From assembly GCA_964423515.1 (NCBI GenBank), contig CAYRFL010000007.1:1448-65447 (forward strand): a stretch of 64,000 bases of DNA. The letters are read 5' to 3'. Shown piece after piece: positions 1 to 9,275 of the stretch. The notes beneath the pieces are model-generated. The model ran no database searches and was not told the origin of the DNA. It saw only the letters and a program-made list of their open reading frames with translations. This DNA is from an uncultured archaeon (lineage in GTDB: Archaea > Thermoplasmatota > Penumbrarchaeia > JASLWR01). A program made the translations under genes and the position numbers. Positions within the stretch are counted from its first letter, which is position 1; the number at the start of each line of letters is the position of its first letter.

Positions 1-26
1 GGGCAAGGGCATATTATTTTCGAGAA

Positions 27-329
27 GTGAGATGCGCGAGGTGTTTTGACATGACCGACTATATCGCAGGAAAGGTAAGAAGGATCATCGATTCTCGCAG
101 CTTCGAGGTGAAAGTGGATTTCCGCGAGAAGAAGAACAGCGACATCTACCTCGATAACGAGGTGGTGAGACTGGCGGATTACAGGATGCCCATCCTCGGA
201 AGGGACAGAAAGAAGGTGGATCACCGCACGCTGAGACACAGGGTGTGGAACAGGTACGTGGTCCTCAGGGTCATAGGCAGGGATGACGACGACAAGGTGA
301 TCGCACATATATCCAGGGTTACGATGTGA
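27..329 (+). CDS. small hypothetical protein (basic, 100 aa)
   Basis: ORF-track ORF ending in TGA. An internal ATG at 51 (MTDYIAGK...) is an alternative start. The pattern GKVRRIIDSRSFEV...VRLADY loosely recalls an SNase/OB-like fold, but no catalytic motif is seen. Confidence 0.45.
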   Translation: MRCARCFDMTDYIAGKVRRIIDSRSFEVKVDFREKKNSDIYLDNEVVRLADYRMPILGRDRKKVDHRTLRHRVWNRYVVLRVIGRDDDDKVIAHISRVTM

Positions 330-496
330 TTTTAATAATCCTTCGGAATGCTGACGGGAAAAAATCGAAAAACATTGTCATTTATGTCAATGCTCTGATA
401 TAAAAATATGATTTAAGGTCAGTGGAGTGACATTAAATCCATTCTGCACAGGTGCTTACGTCAGCTCTGATTATAAAAACATACAACCTGACAAGC

Positions 497-529
497 GATA
501 AAAAATATAAAGGGGGGCCGGAGCCCCCC
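497..529 (-). terminator. GC hairpin plus T-run just 3' of the giant gene stop
   Basis: On the minus strand GGGGGG-CTCCGG-CCCCCC (512..529) is followed by TTTATATTTTTTAT. It lies about 20 nt after the TAG at 551..553. Confidence 0.35.
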
Positions 530-550
530 ATCGCCCCCTTCTCACCTTCC

Positions 551-3500
551 CTAATCCTGGTAGCGGTCCCAGTCCACATCGTCCTCGTTGTTCTCCAGGT
601 CGTCCTCCCAGCTGTCCTCCACCGGCTCCGGTCCCTTTCTCTTGCGTACGAACAGCAGGATGATGAACACCACCGCGAACACGGCGACGATAACGCCAAT
701 CACCACCAGCGTGGTCGAACTCCCGCCGTTCGGATCCTCGCCTTCCAGGTCCTTCTGCTGGGTCATTGGTGCGAATATGGTGAAGTGGGTAACGTTGGCG
801 GATACTATGTTGCGGTCCGCGTCAACCTCGGTGTTCTCACACACCTGCCACCCTTCGCTGTCCTCGTCCCAGTAGTAGAGCTTCAGGTCCTCCTCGTCCA
901 CATCGTCCGGTACGTCGGCGTCCTCGTAGTGCACCTCCACGTAGAACCAGTCCAGGTCACCGTCGATCTCGGCGATGATGAAGTTGCCGATTATCAGGCT
1001 GCCCTCGGGAACGTCGGCCCTCGCCTCTTCGGGAATATCCCTCTCCTCCACCCACTTCCAGCTCACGGTTCCCTCGCCCTTGAACTTGCACCGCACCTTC
1101 CTGCCCTGCCGGTTCTCGAACTCGGCCTCCACCACCTCGTCCTTCTCGATAGGTATGGTGGCCTCCTCCTTCTCATCGAAGTCCTCGTACCTGATCTCGC
1201 CGGTCTCCTCGTCCACAACATCGGGGACGGCGTAATCGCCTCCCGGAGGGGTGAACAGGTTGGCCTCGCCCACGAAATTGGGGTCGTGGAACACCCTGTG
1301 TGCTACCGGATAGAGGTACCCGCCCTTCATCATGAAACCGAAGAAGACGCCCTTCTCCATTTTCTTGTGTCGCACCCAGTCCACGAGGTTCACCACCTTG
1401 TCAACACCGTGCACCTGGAAGTAAGCGGGGACCGTGTAGGAGTCGTTGCTGTTGGCCTCGGGCCATATCTCCACGTCGGACACCCAGTTCATTCTGCCAA
1501 CGCGTTGCCAGTTGTCTGCGAAGTTGATGGTGTTCCGCTCTATCGCCTTGGCGTCTATGATGTCCATGACCTTGATCATCCTGCCTATCTCCTCGCGGTG
1601 AAGCTTCTCCAGGAGAGCCACGATATCCTCCTTTGTAATGTTGTACTCCTCACCGTGCCTGTAGGCCCACTCCAGGAGGTATCTGATATCTTCCTCCCCG
1701 AGGTGCTTGTGCTTGAATGCCCACACCAGCATTGCGGCGAACTTCTCCTTACTGATGAGCCCGTCGCCAATTGCTTTGACCAGGATGCGGGCCACCTCCT
1801 TCTCGGACAGTTTTCCTTCACGGTGAACCTGGAGCAGCACGAAGATGAGGTCCTCGCCCGCGAGCACCCCTTCCTCGAAGAGCTTCCCAAGGAAATGATG
1901 GATGAACTCTCCGTCGAGCACGCCGTACTTGTGACCCAGGATGAGCACGAAGGCAACCTCCTCGAGCTTCAGCTCCTCCGAAGCCAGAGCAAGCCTGACC
2001 AGCTTGATGAAATCCTCGCGATCCAGCTCACCTGCCTTGAAGGCCTGGACAAGAATCTCGGCCAGGTCCTCACGCTTGAGCTCTCCCGCGGTGTAGGCCT
2101 TGAAGAGCACCCACTTCACATCCTCCATGGTGAGATTGCCCAGTTTGTAGGACATCATGAGAAGCCAGCGGATATCGTCCCGGCTGAGCTCGCCCAGCTT
2201 GTAGGCTTCGATTATCAGCCATTTGAGGTCCTCGCGCGTTAGCTCACCGTCGCGGTAGGCCCTGGAAAGAAGCCAGCGAAGGTCCTCGCGCGTCAGCTCA
2301 CCCTTCAGATGGGCATGTACCAGCAGCCAGCGGAGGTCCTCGCGCGTTAGCTCACCGAGTTTGTGGGCCCTGAAGAGGATCCAGCGAAGGTCCTCGCGCG
2401 TCAGTTCACCATCCTCGTACGCCCGCGCCAGGAGCCAGCGAAGGTCCTCGCGCGTCAGGTTTCCCAGCTTGTAGGCGGTTATGATGATCCACTTGAGATC
2501 GGAGCGGTTCAGCTCGCCTTTCCGGAATCCCTCGAAGAGCACCTTCCTAAGGTCATCGAGGCGGAATTCGCCGTGCATAAGGTCGGATATCAGCATCCAT
2601 CGCAGAGTACCGCGATCGATGATGCCCTTCCTGTACAGCGTGAATATAAGCCAGTTCAGGTGCTCGTGCTTGAGCTCGTTTCTAACGTACATCCCAATAA
2701 GGAGCCACTTGAGCTCGAAATCGCTCAGCTTTGAAGCGTTGCGGAGCTCCATTATTATATGAAGGATGTCGCCCTCGTTCAGCTTATCGGCGCGGTAGCA
2801 TTCGACCACGAGCCATCTGAGAAAGCTGATGTTTATCTGGCCCTCTTCAAAGGAGCGGTTAAGGAACCACGCCAGGTCCCGGTGGGAAAGCTCCCTGTCG
2901 AGCAACATCCTCAGGAGATCCTCGAAGGGCATATCGCCCAGGTGATGGCTCTGGAACAGTATCCATCGGACCTCTTCCCTGGTGAGCTCGCTCGCGGCAA
3001 GTGCTGAGAAAAATATCCATCGGACCTCCTCGTGACTCAGATGGTTCCAGTGCCTGGAATCCACGAAGAACCAGCGAAGGTCGTCGAGATTGAGGCGGCC
3101 GTCCCCGTATGCCTTCAACACCAGTAACTTCAGGTGCAGAAGGTCGATCTCCTCGTTCATGTAGGCGCTTATAAGGAGCCACTTGTAATTGCCGAGGGGT
3201 TCCTGGAGGGTTTCGTTCTCCAGGACGGCCACGGTCAGGTTGTAAAGGTCCGGGAAGGACAGGTTACCCTTCATGTGCGCGATGAAAATGGCACGACGAA
3301 CGTCGTCCCTTCCCATGATGTGATGGACGTATATGGCAACGATGTTCTCGAGCCACCTGGGGTCGGAGCCATTGTTGGCCCGCCGGGTGATGTTCTCCCA
3401 GACCATGTGATATTCTGGAGAAGGTCTCGTGAGCTCCGCGGGGTCCGTGTCGCCAAGGGCACCGCCCTCCTTGAGGTCCGCCACGATCAGTCCTACCGTT

Positions 3501-6500
3501 TCACGGTCCAGCTGCCCGTACAGGAACGCAGTTCTAAGCAATTCCTCGATCTCGCGATCGTTCATCCATCCCTTCCCATGGGCAAAGAGAAGGGCGTCAA
3601 GGACCGAATCAAGGGTGAAATTCCCCTTCACGTAGGGACCGACGAGAAGATACCGCAGGTCGTGGATGTCCATTCCGGGATGTTCCCCCTCCCCGGGACG
3701 GTCGGCCCCGGCATATGCCGTCATAATGATGATGCCGGCGTCCCCGGCCGAGATGATCTCGAGGTCGTGGGCATGAAGGACGAATCCGAGTATCTCACGC
3801 CTGGTCAGAAGGTGCATGTCATAGCCCATGAACAGCAGGTTGCCGATATCTCCGGTATCTATCTTTCCGTCGGAGTAACCAATCAGGATCATACCCATCC
3901 ATTCCTCAACCGACACAATCTCGAGCTTGAAGGCCATCAGCATGAGGTGAAGCATCTCCTCCTTCTCGGCGCCTCCGTCATCATGGGACCTGAAGACGAG
4001 GTGAAACCACTCCTCCCGGGTTATTATCCCTTCTTGATAGGCCCCGGTAAGTATGTGTATCCATTCCTCCGGCCGTAGCTCGTCGTGCTTGTAGGCGAGC
4101 CAGAGTATGTTAAGAAGCTGCGTTCTGTTGATGATGTCGTTGTTGTGAGCGTGAATGAGGACGGCCACGAAATCCTTGTGTGAAAGCACCTCCATATGGA
4201 GTGCTATTATCATTATCCTCAACCAGTGCTCCTCATCTATGACGCCGTGTTTGTAGAGAAGCGAGAAGAACCTGACGAACTCGTCCCTCTCGAGACCGCC
4301 CTTCTCGTACACCTCCATGAAGAGATGGACCAGGCACTTCTCGTCCAAGAGCTCCTTCATGTGCAGCTTCAGTGCGATATGGATCCAATCCTCCTCGGTG
4401 AGGATGCCGTGGAAATAGAGGAGGGTCATGACGAAAAGCACGTCCTCGGGCGATGCCCCGTCACGGTGGACCTTGTCCATTATCTCCGCAAGGACCTCGC
4501 GCTCTATCCGCCCTTCCTCATAGACCCTTAGAAGCACCTTCACCCATTCCTCCTTCGAGAGCCAACCCTTCCTGCGGAGCTCTATCAGCGTGTCTATCCA
4601 CTCCTCCTTGGAGAACGCGTCCTTTCCGCCCAGTTCCGTCAGGATATAGACGAAGTCCTCGCGGCTCAGAAAGCCCTTCTCGCGGGCAAATACCAGCATG
4701 TCGAGGAATTCCTCCCGGTGGACGTATCTCCGCTCGTAGGCGATCAGCAGGAGTCCCACCAGTTTCTCCTTGTTTATCACGTCGGCTTTTACCATCTCCA
4801 CGAGTATCCATACGAGCTCCTCGCCGGCGATTATTCCATGCGCCTTGGATTTGAAGAGGAGTCCGATTATGTCCTCATCGGATATGGTTCCCGACTTGTA
4901 CAGGGAGAGAAAAACATCCCTCAGATCGTATTTGGTTATCTCGTGGTGCTTGTAGGCATCCAGGAGCCTCTCGAAGAACTCGCGCTGGCCGATCTTTCCC
5001 TTCTCCAGCTCTCCTGCGAGCTCCCGTATCTCCTTTCTAGCTTCCGGATTGATGACCACCGGCCCTCCCCTCTCCTCCTTGTCCTCTATCTTGTGCTTCC
5101 TCTCGTTCTCGTCGGCGTATTCCGCGTGGCCGCCGCCTTCGAGCATGTCCAGCAGTTCGCCCTTCAGCCAGCTGGCCACGTAAGCGGACAGATGATTTCC
5201 CATCAGCGTGTGGGTCTCGAGCATCAGCATGGAGTTGCCGGGATATTCCTTTCCGGAGGGCACCGGCTCCCTGTCCCACCCGACTATGTCGTGGTCGAAC
5301 TTGAAATCGGCTGTTACTGCCTTGCCCTCGAAGCTCTCCTTTCCTCTCAGCTTCGTTTTAATTCCATCCTCGGTGACATTGACGTCGTACTGGGGGATGT
5401 CCTCCATGGAGACGTTCTCCACCGAGACCTTCACGCGGAAGGTGAACTCTACCTTGTCGAGATGAGCGCGACCGGCGGAAGCATCGTCCACGTTCTCCTC
5501 CTTTTCATCCTCTTCGTTCTTCATGTCCATGAAGCGCCGGTAAGGCAGGTCCTTCCTGGTGAGCTTGAACTCCCATATGCGATGGTTCTCCCCGGACTGC
5601 TTCAGGGCGGGCCTCTGGAGATCCCATGCGCCCGCAAGGTCCACGGTCTTTAACACCGGTTCGTGGGTCTCCTTCAGTTCCGGTCTTTCCCGGGGCTCGT
5701 GGGGTTTCTTGTCCTCCTCCCCGGGTTTCTCGTTAGGGTCCCCGGGTTTCTCATTCGGATCCTCAGGCTTGTCATCCTGGTTCTCGGGTCTTTCGTTAGG
5801 GTCCCCGGGCTTCTCATTCGGATCCTCGGGTTTATCATCCTGGTTCTCAGGCCTTTCGTTCGGATCCCCGGGCTTCTCATCGGTATCTCCGGGATTCTCA
5901 TCCGGCCCTTCCCCGGCCTGGCGTGTTGGGCCCTCGTTCTTGGGATCTTCCTCATCCGATCCACCTTCATTGTCCCCGGGTTTCTCCTCCCCTTCCCCGG
6001 GCTTTTTATCGTTCTCGTCCGGTCCATCCGGTTCTATCTCGTAGAAATCGAAAGCGCTGTTGTTGTTGATGTCCTCGAACTCCATGATATAATCGAGGCG
6101 CTGGGCGAACACGGTCTGTACGGGTATACCGACCTTCTCCTCCACCTTGACGTTGCCCTCGCGGTCCTTCTTGCTCACGTTCGCAACGCCCAGATACCTC
6201 GTGTACATGGACACTATTGTCACGGCATTGGGGTTTTCTTCAGTACCGTAAACAACTGCGAACCACGAATCGCGGCCCACCCTCACCGCGACGTAATCGC
6301 CTCCCCCGTAGTCATCGGTGGTGCCTGTTTCCAGCTTGGCATCCCCCATGCCGGGAAGCTTGTCCCGGGGCGGAACGTCGCTTTCATTGGTCTTGTCATT
6401 TTCGTCGGGCCTTCCCGAGCCATCGGAATCGGTCCCGTCTTCATTCTTGCTCCCGTCGTTCGTATTCTCGAATGCAGCCACCACGCTGGCACCTATACCG

Positions 6501-6562
6501 CCCATTAGCAGTACGAGCACCAACATCACTGCCATCAATCGTCCGAGCTTTACACTTTTCAT
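551..6562 (-). CDS. giant exported, membrane-anchored 18-residue-repeat protein (2003 aa)
   Basis: N-terminal hydrophobic signal/anchor LMAVMLVLVLLMGGIGASVVAAF, then an acidic Pro-rich spacer, then about 1000 aa of 18-aa repeats (GELTREDLRWLLxRAYxx). A C-terminal beta-rich domain ends in NVTHFTIFAP (PGF-pre-PGF-like), followed by a TM helix LVVIGVIVAVFAVVFIILLFV and RKRK. Stop codon is TAG. Confidence 0.9.
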   Translation of the reverse strand: MKSVKLGRLMAVMLVLVLLMGGIGASVVAAFENTNDGSKNEDGTDSDGSGRPDENDKTNESDVPPRDKLPGMGDAKLETGTTDDYGGGDYVAVRVGRDSWFAVVYGTEENPNAVTIVSMYTRYLGVANVSKKDREGNVKVEEKVGIPVQTVFAQRLDYIMEFEDINNNSAFDFYEIEPDGPDENDKKPGEGEEKPGDNEGGSDEEDPKNEGPTRQAGEGPDENPGDTDEKPGDPNERPENQDDKPEDPNEKPGDPNERPENQDDKPEDPNEKPGDPNEKPGEEDKKPHEPRERPELKETHEPVLKTVDLAGAWDLQRPALKQSGENHRIWEFKLTRKDLPYRRFMDMKNEEDEKEENVDDASAGRAHLDKVEFTFRVKVSVENVSMEDIPQYDVNVTEDGIKTKLRGKESFEGKAVTADFKFDHDIVGWDREPVPSGKEYPGNSMLMLETHTLMGNHLSAYVASWLKGELLDMLEGGGHAEYADENERKHKIEDKEERGGPVVINPEARKEIRELAGELEKGKIGQREFFERLLDAYKHHEITKYDLRDVFLSLYKSGTISDEDIIGLLFKSKAHGIIAGEELVWILVEMVKADVINKEKLVGLLLIAYERRYVHREEFLDMLVFAREKGFLSREDFVYILTELGGKDAFSKEEWIDTLIELRRKGWLSKEEWVKVLLRVYEEGRIEREVLAEIMDKVHRDGASPEDVLFVMTLLYFHGILTEEDWIHIALKLHMKELLDEKCLVHLFMEVYEKGGLERDEFVRFFSLLYKHGVIDEEHWLRIMIIALHMEVLSHKDFVAVLIHAHNNDIINRTQLLNILWLAYKHDELRPEEWIHILTGAYQEGIITREEWFHLVFRSHDDGGAEKEEMLHLMLMAFKLEIVSVEEWMGMILIGYSDGKIDTGDIGNLLFMGYDMHLLTRREILGFVLHAHDLEIISAGDAGIIIMTAYAGADRPGEGEHPGMDIHDLRYLLVGPYVKGNFTLDSVLDALLFAHGKGWMNDREIEELLRTAFLYGQLDRETVGLIVADLKEGGALGDTDPAELTRPSPEYHMVWENITRRANNGSDPRWLENIVAIYVHHIMGRDDVRRAIFIAHMKGNLSFPDLYNLTVAVLENETLQEPLGNYKWLLISAYMNEEIDLLHLKLLVLKAYGDGRLNLDDLRWFFVDSRHWNHLSHEEVRWIFFSALAASELTREEVRWILFQSHHLGDMPFEDLLRMLLDRELSHRDLAWFLNRSFEEGQINISFLRWLVVECYRADKLNEGDILHIIMELRNASKLSDFELKWLLIGMYVRNELKHEHLNWLIFTLYRKGIIDRGTLRWMLISDLMHGEFRLDDLRKVLFEGFRKGELNRSDLKWIIITAYKLGNLTREDLRWLLARAYEDGELTREDLRWILFRAHKLGELTREDLRWLLVHAHLKGELTREDLRWLLSRAYRDGELTREDLKWLIIEAYKLGELSRDDIRWLLMMSYKLGNLTMEDVKWVLFKAYTAGELKREDLAEILVQAFKAGELDREDFIKLVRLALASEELKLEEVAFVLILGHKYGVLDGEFIHHFLGKLFEEGVLAGEDLIFVLLQVHREGKLSEKEVARILVKAIGDGLISKEKFAAMLVWAFKHKHLGEEDIRYLLEWAYRHGEEYNITKEDIVALLEKLHREEIGRMIKVMDIIDAKAIERNTINFADNWQRVGRMNWVSDVEIWPEANSNDSYTVPAYFQVHGVDKVVNLVDWVRHKKMEKGVFFGFMMKGGYLYPVAHRVFHDPNFVGEANLFTPPGGDYAVPDVVDEETGEIRYEDFDEKEEATIPIEKDEVVEAEFENRQGRKVRCKFKGEGTVSWKWVEERDIPEEARADVPEGSLIIGNFIIAEIDGDLDWFYVEVHYEDADVPDDVDEEDLKLYYWDEDSEGWQVCENTEVDADRNIVSANVTHFTIFAPMTQQKDLEGEDPNGGSSTTLVVIGVIVAVFAVVFIILLFVRKRKGPEPVEDSWEDDLENNEDDVDWDRYQD
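1880..5000 (-). repeat. in-frame 54-nt (18-codon) tandem repeat array, roughly 50-60 units with a few interruptions
   Basis: aggtcctcgcgcg recurs at 2226, 2280, 2334, 2388 and 2442, an exact 54-nt period. The flanking units are diverged but keep the same 18-aa periodicity in translation. Confidence 0.8.
5731..5890 (-). repeat. 63-nt (21-codon) tandem repeat encoding an acidic Pro-rich spacer
   Basis: Units start at 5731 and 5794, with a partial unit at 5857. The translation is PGDPNERPENQDDKPEDPNEK repeated. Confidence 0.8.
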
Positions 6563-6826
6563 GCTATCACCTTACGATGGAAATGTCGATCTTCTACCCT
6601 TTGTACCAATTGGAGCCTATATAAACTGTGGGCGAAGTTATGCGGAATATATATCATCGAAGAGCATGGGTGTCGGGAGTAAAAAACCTCACCAATGTCC
6701 ACCTCACAACCGACAATGAAGATACGGAAAAGTCTTAATCCTTGTAGCAAACACTCAGGTTCCTCCGGGGCACCCACGAGCAGAAAAAGGCGATCGGATA
6801 TTCTATTTTCGTAGCAAAGAGGGCGG

Positions 6827-7648
6827 TCACATCTCCTTTCCGCATTTCTGGCATTTCGTGTAGCTGCCCACGGGTATCCTCTCCTTGCACAACTTGCAGA
6901 AGAACTTCTTCTTGCAGGATATGCATCTGGTGGCCATGAGTGGAAGGGGTTGGAGGCACTTCGGGCATCTGAACGTCATACCGCAGTGTCGGCAGCTGGT
7001 GGAATAACCGGATATTGTCTCGCTGCACTTGGTGCAGGGAACCTCGAACTCACCGGAGCATGTTCTGCACCTGCCGCTGCCGCCGCACACCTTGCATTTT
7101 CTGCGCAGTATTCCGCTCCTGCCCTTTCCCCTGCAATTACGGCAGCGGAGGTCGTTCCGGCAGTCGGGACAGTACATGAGGTATTCGTTCCGGTTGCGCT
7201 TGATCTCGTCGTTCTTCCTTTTTTCCATATCGAGGAACTCCTCCTCGGAGACATCCTCCACGAACTCCTTTTCCTCGTCGTACCTGAAAGTGCCGTCGAA
7301 ATCCACCTCGTGCACGCCGTCAACCCCCACCACCTTCACGTTATCGTAGGTTATGACTCCCTTCTCCTCCTCGCGGTCCACCTCAGATACCACGGAAGAC
7401 ATGTCCCATAGATCTACCTTTTCGGAAGCCTGAAAGCTGACCAGGTCCGCCTCTCCCCAGTCCTTCACAACGTCCTCCTGGTGGGTTTCCTCCACCACCA
7501 GTATGTTGGAATCGAGCCATCCCTCCTCTTTCCCTTCGGAAGAAGATAGGGCATCCTTTCCCCCCGTTTCATCCTCCGGCAAGGTCCCCGGACCCCCGTC
7601 TTCCGGGGCGAGCTTCACTGCTTTTCTCTTGACGACCTTTTTTCCCAT
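6827..7648 (-). CDS. cytosolic multi-zinc-ribbon protein with acidic N-terminal half
   Basis: The C-terminal approx. 120 aa hold about 10 CxxC pairs (CPDCRNDLRCRNCRGKGRSG..CKVCGGSGRCRTCSG..CTKC..CRHCG..CPKC..CISC..CKLC..CQKCG). The ATG at 7648 follows GGTGAAAAAGGG and a TTAAATATTT box near 7690. The TTG at 7687 given in the ORF track is less likely. Confidence 0.75.
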   Translation of the reverse strand: MGKKVVKRKAVKLAPEDGGPGTLPEDETGGKDALSSSEGKEEGWLDSNILVVEETHQEDVVKDWGEADLVSFQASEKVDLWDMSSVVSEVDREEEKGVITYDNVKVVGVDGVHEVDFDGTFRYDEEKEFVEDVSEEEFLDMEKRKNDEIKRNRNEYLMYCPDCRNDLRCRNCRGKGRSGILRRKCKVCGGSGRCRTCSGEFEVPCTKCSETISGYSTSCRHCGMTFRCPKCLQPLPLMATRCISCKKKFFCKLCKERIPVGSYTKCQKCGKEM

Positions 7649-7811
7649 CCCTTTTTCACCAGCCGTTATAGCTCCATGCACGCGCAAATATTTAACTGAA
7701 TCGATGATATGATTTTATCAAAAACCGGGGTAGAAGGAAGCCTGTCTTCCCGGATCAAATACGATATGGTCCATTAAGAAGCATGATCATTTTTACGACG
7801 TCAGTGCAATG

Positions 7812-7833
7812 ATTGTGCCAATCTGTTTATATA
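7812..7833 (+). promoter_or_regulatory. ATTGTGCCAATCT motif fused to a TATA-like box (GTTTATATA)
   Basis: Lies about 24-45 nt upstream of the ATG at 7857, implying a leaderless or short-leader transcript. The same 13-mer abuts the TATA-like boxes at 56678..56707 and 63780..63809. Confidence 0.4.
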
Positions 7834-7856
7834 CAAGATATTGATATTCTTTTCCC

Positions 7857-9167
7857 ATGGACCTAAAACGGGGAACATCGGGCCTCATCCTGGTACTTCT
7901 TATCGCTTCGTTCATGTATGTGTCAGGGTTCCCACAGGCTATCACCTTCGGAGATGCCTCCGTCTCCCCGGCACAAATCGTGGGAGTTGAGGGTGAGGAG
8001 GCGAGCCGGGACACCATAACGGTGGACGGCAGCGGTGGAGGAGACCACGCGACCATCGGAGACGCCCTTCTCGCTGCCCAGACGGGTGACACCATTCTCG
8101 TGGCGGCGGGCATCTATCACGAGAGCCCCGTCATAGACTCCGAGGTGACCCTCATGGGCTCCGGAAGCGATTCCACCTTTCTGGTCTCCGATGCCCCAAG
8201 CGTTGTGGAGATAAGGGCCAGGAACGTTCTTCTCAAGGGCTTCAACATCACGGCCGAGCATCCGGGATCATCCGGGGCAGGCGTCTCCACCGAGAGTACG
8301 GACAGCTGCTCCATCGAGAACGTGACCATATCGAACAAGACGATAGGTATCCGGCTCAACAGCTCCCGGAGCATCATCATAATAAACAACAGAATGAAAC
8401 GCAACGGCATTCTCATAGAGGGAGATGCTCTGGCACACTGGAACACGCATACCATAGACACCTCCAACCTGGTCAATGGCAAGATGGTCCATTACTGGAA
8501 GAACGGGAGCGGGGGGAAGGTGCCGGACGACGCGGGGCAGATAATACTCACGGACTGTACCGGCGTCAGCGTGGAGAACCAGAACACCAGCGATACCAAC
8601 GTGGGCATAGATCTGTACAACTGTATGAATATGAATATCAAGGAATGCCACAGCGACGGGAACGACCCGTACGGAATGCGGATTCAATCTTCCACGGGTA
8701 ATGAGATAGACAACAACTCCATGTGCCGAAACGCGCTCTCGGGCATCATATGCGGCGACGGGGATACCATAACTTCGAACGAATGCAGCCGAAACGGCCT
8801 TTACGGCATCCGTTGCGGGAACCAGAACGTGATCCGCTCCAACACGTGCAGCTCCAACGGCCTTACCGGCATTTACTGCGGGGACTGGAACGAGCTCCGC
8901 CATAATGGTTGCGAATCCAACCAGCTCTCGGGTATACATCTATATTACGCCAGCCAATGCACCCTTAGGAACAACACCTGCAGGGGAAACACTGCGGCAG
9001 GGTTGATACTCAATACCTCCAACGATAACACCATCCTTGAGAACGACCTCTCATACAACGCGCTGGGCGGGACCGAGTTCCTTGACTCCTACGACAATAC
9101 CGTGACAGGAAACACAATGGAGCACAATGCAGACGGCGTTCTGCTCTCCGGTTCACATTCGAACTAG
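7857..9167 (+). CDS. secreted right-handed parallel beta-helix (NosD/PbH1-like) protein, N-terminal part; ends at an in-frame TAG
   Basis: Signal-like LILVLLIASFMYVSG, then a DGSGGGDHATIGDALLAAQTGDTILVAAGIYHE cap, then many Nx[IL]xxNx repeats. The reading frame continues unbroken past the TAG at 9165..9167. Confidence 0.8.
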   Translation: MDLKRGTSGLILVLLIASFMYVSGFPQAITFGDASVSPAQIVGVEGEEASRDTITVDGSGGGDHATIGDALLAAQTGDTILVAAGIYHESPVIDSEVTLMGSGSDSTFLVSDAPSVVEIRARNVLLKGFNITAEHPGSSGAGVSTESTDSCSIENVTISNKTIGIRLNSSRSIIIINNRMKRNGILIEGDALAHWNTHTIDTSNLVNGKMVHYWKNGSGGKVPDDAGQIILTDCTGVSVENQNTSDTNVGIDLYNCMNMNIKECHSDGNDPYGMRIQSSTGNEIDNNSMCRNALSGIICGDGDTITSNECSRNGLYGIRCGNQNVIRSNTCSSNGLTGIYCGDWNELRHNGCESNQLSGIHLYYASQCTLRNNTCRGNTAAGLILNTSNDNTILENDLSYNALGGTEFLDSYDNTVTGNTMEHNADGVLLSGSHSN

Positions 9168-9275
9168 TTTCGCTCCAATGTCATCGGTCCCAACGACAAT
9201 ACCGGAATAACGCTCCTCGGCTCGGAGAGAAACGACATCATAAACAACACGTTCATCTCGAACGTCGACTACGGG

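Noticed and set aside
452-2242. A 596-aa plus-strand ORF, and many other long plus-strand ORFs between 450 and 6720, that overlap the giant gene.
   Set aside because: They are mirror-frame artefacts of the GC-rich repeat gene. Their translations are low-complexity L/V/H/G strings with no motifs, whereas the minus strand gives one uninterrupted 2003-aa protein with a coherent domain order.
9165-9167. Genome-wide reassignment of TAG (pyrrolysine or sense codon) as the explanation for the in-frame stop.
   Set aside because: TAG is the apparent terminator of at least three confident genes in this window (551..553, 11328..11330 and 38009..38011), so a global reassignment is unlikely. Site-specific readthrough or Pyl cannot be excluded and is kept as a finding.
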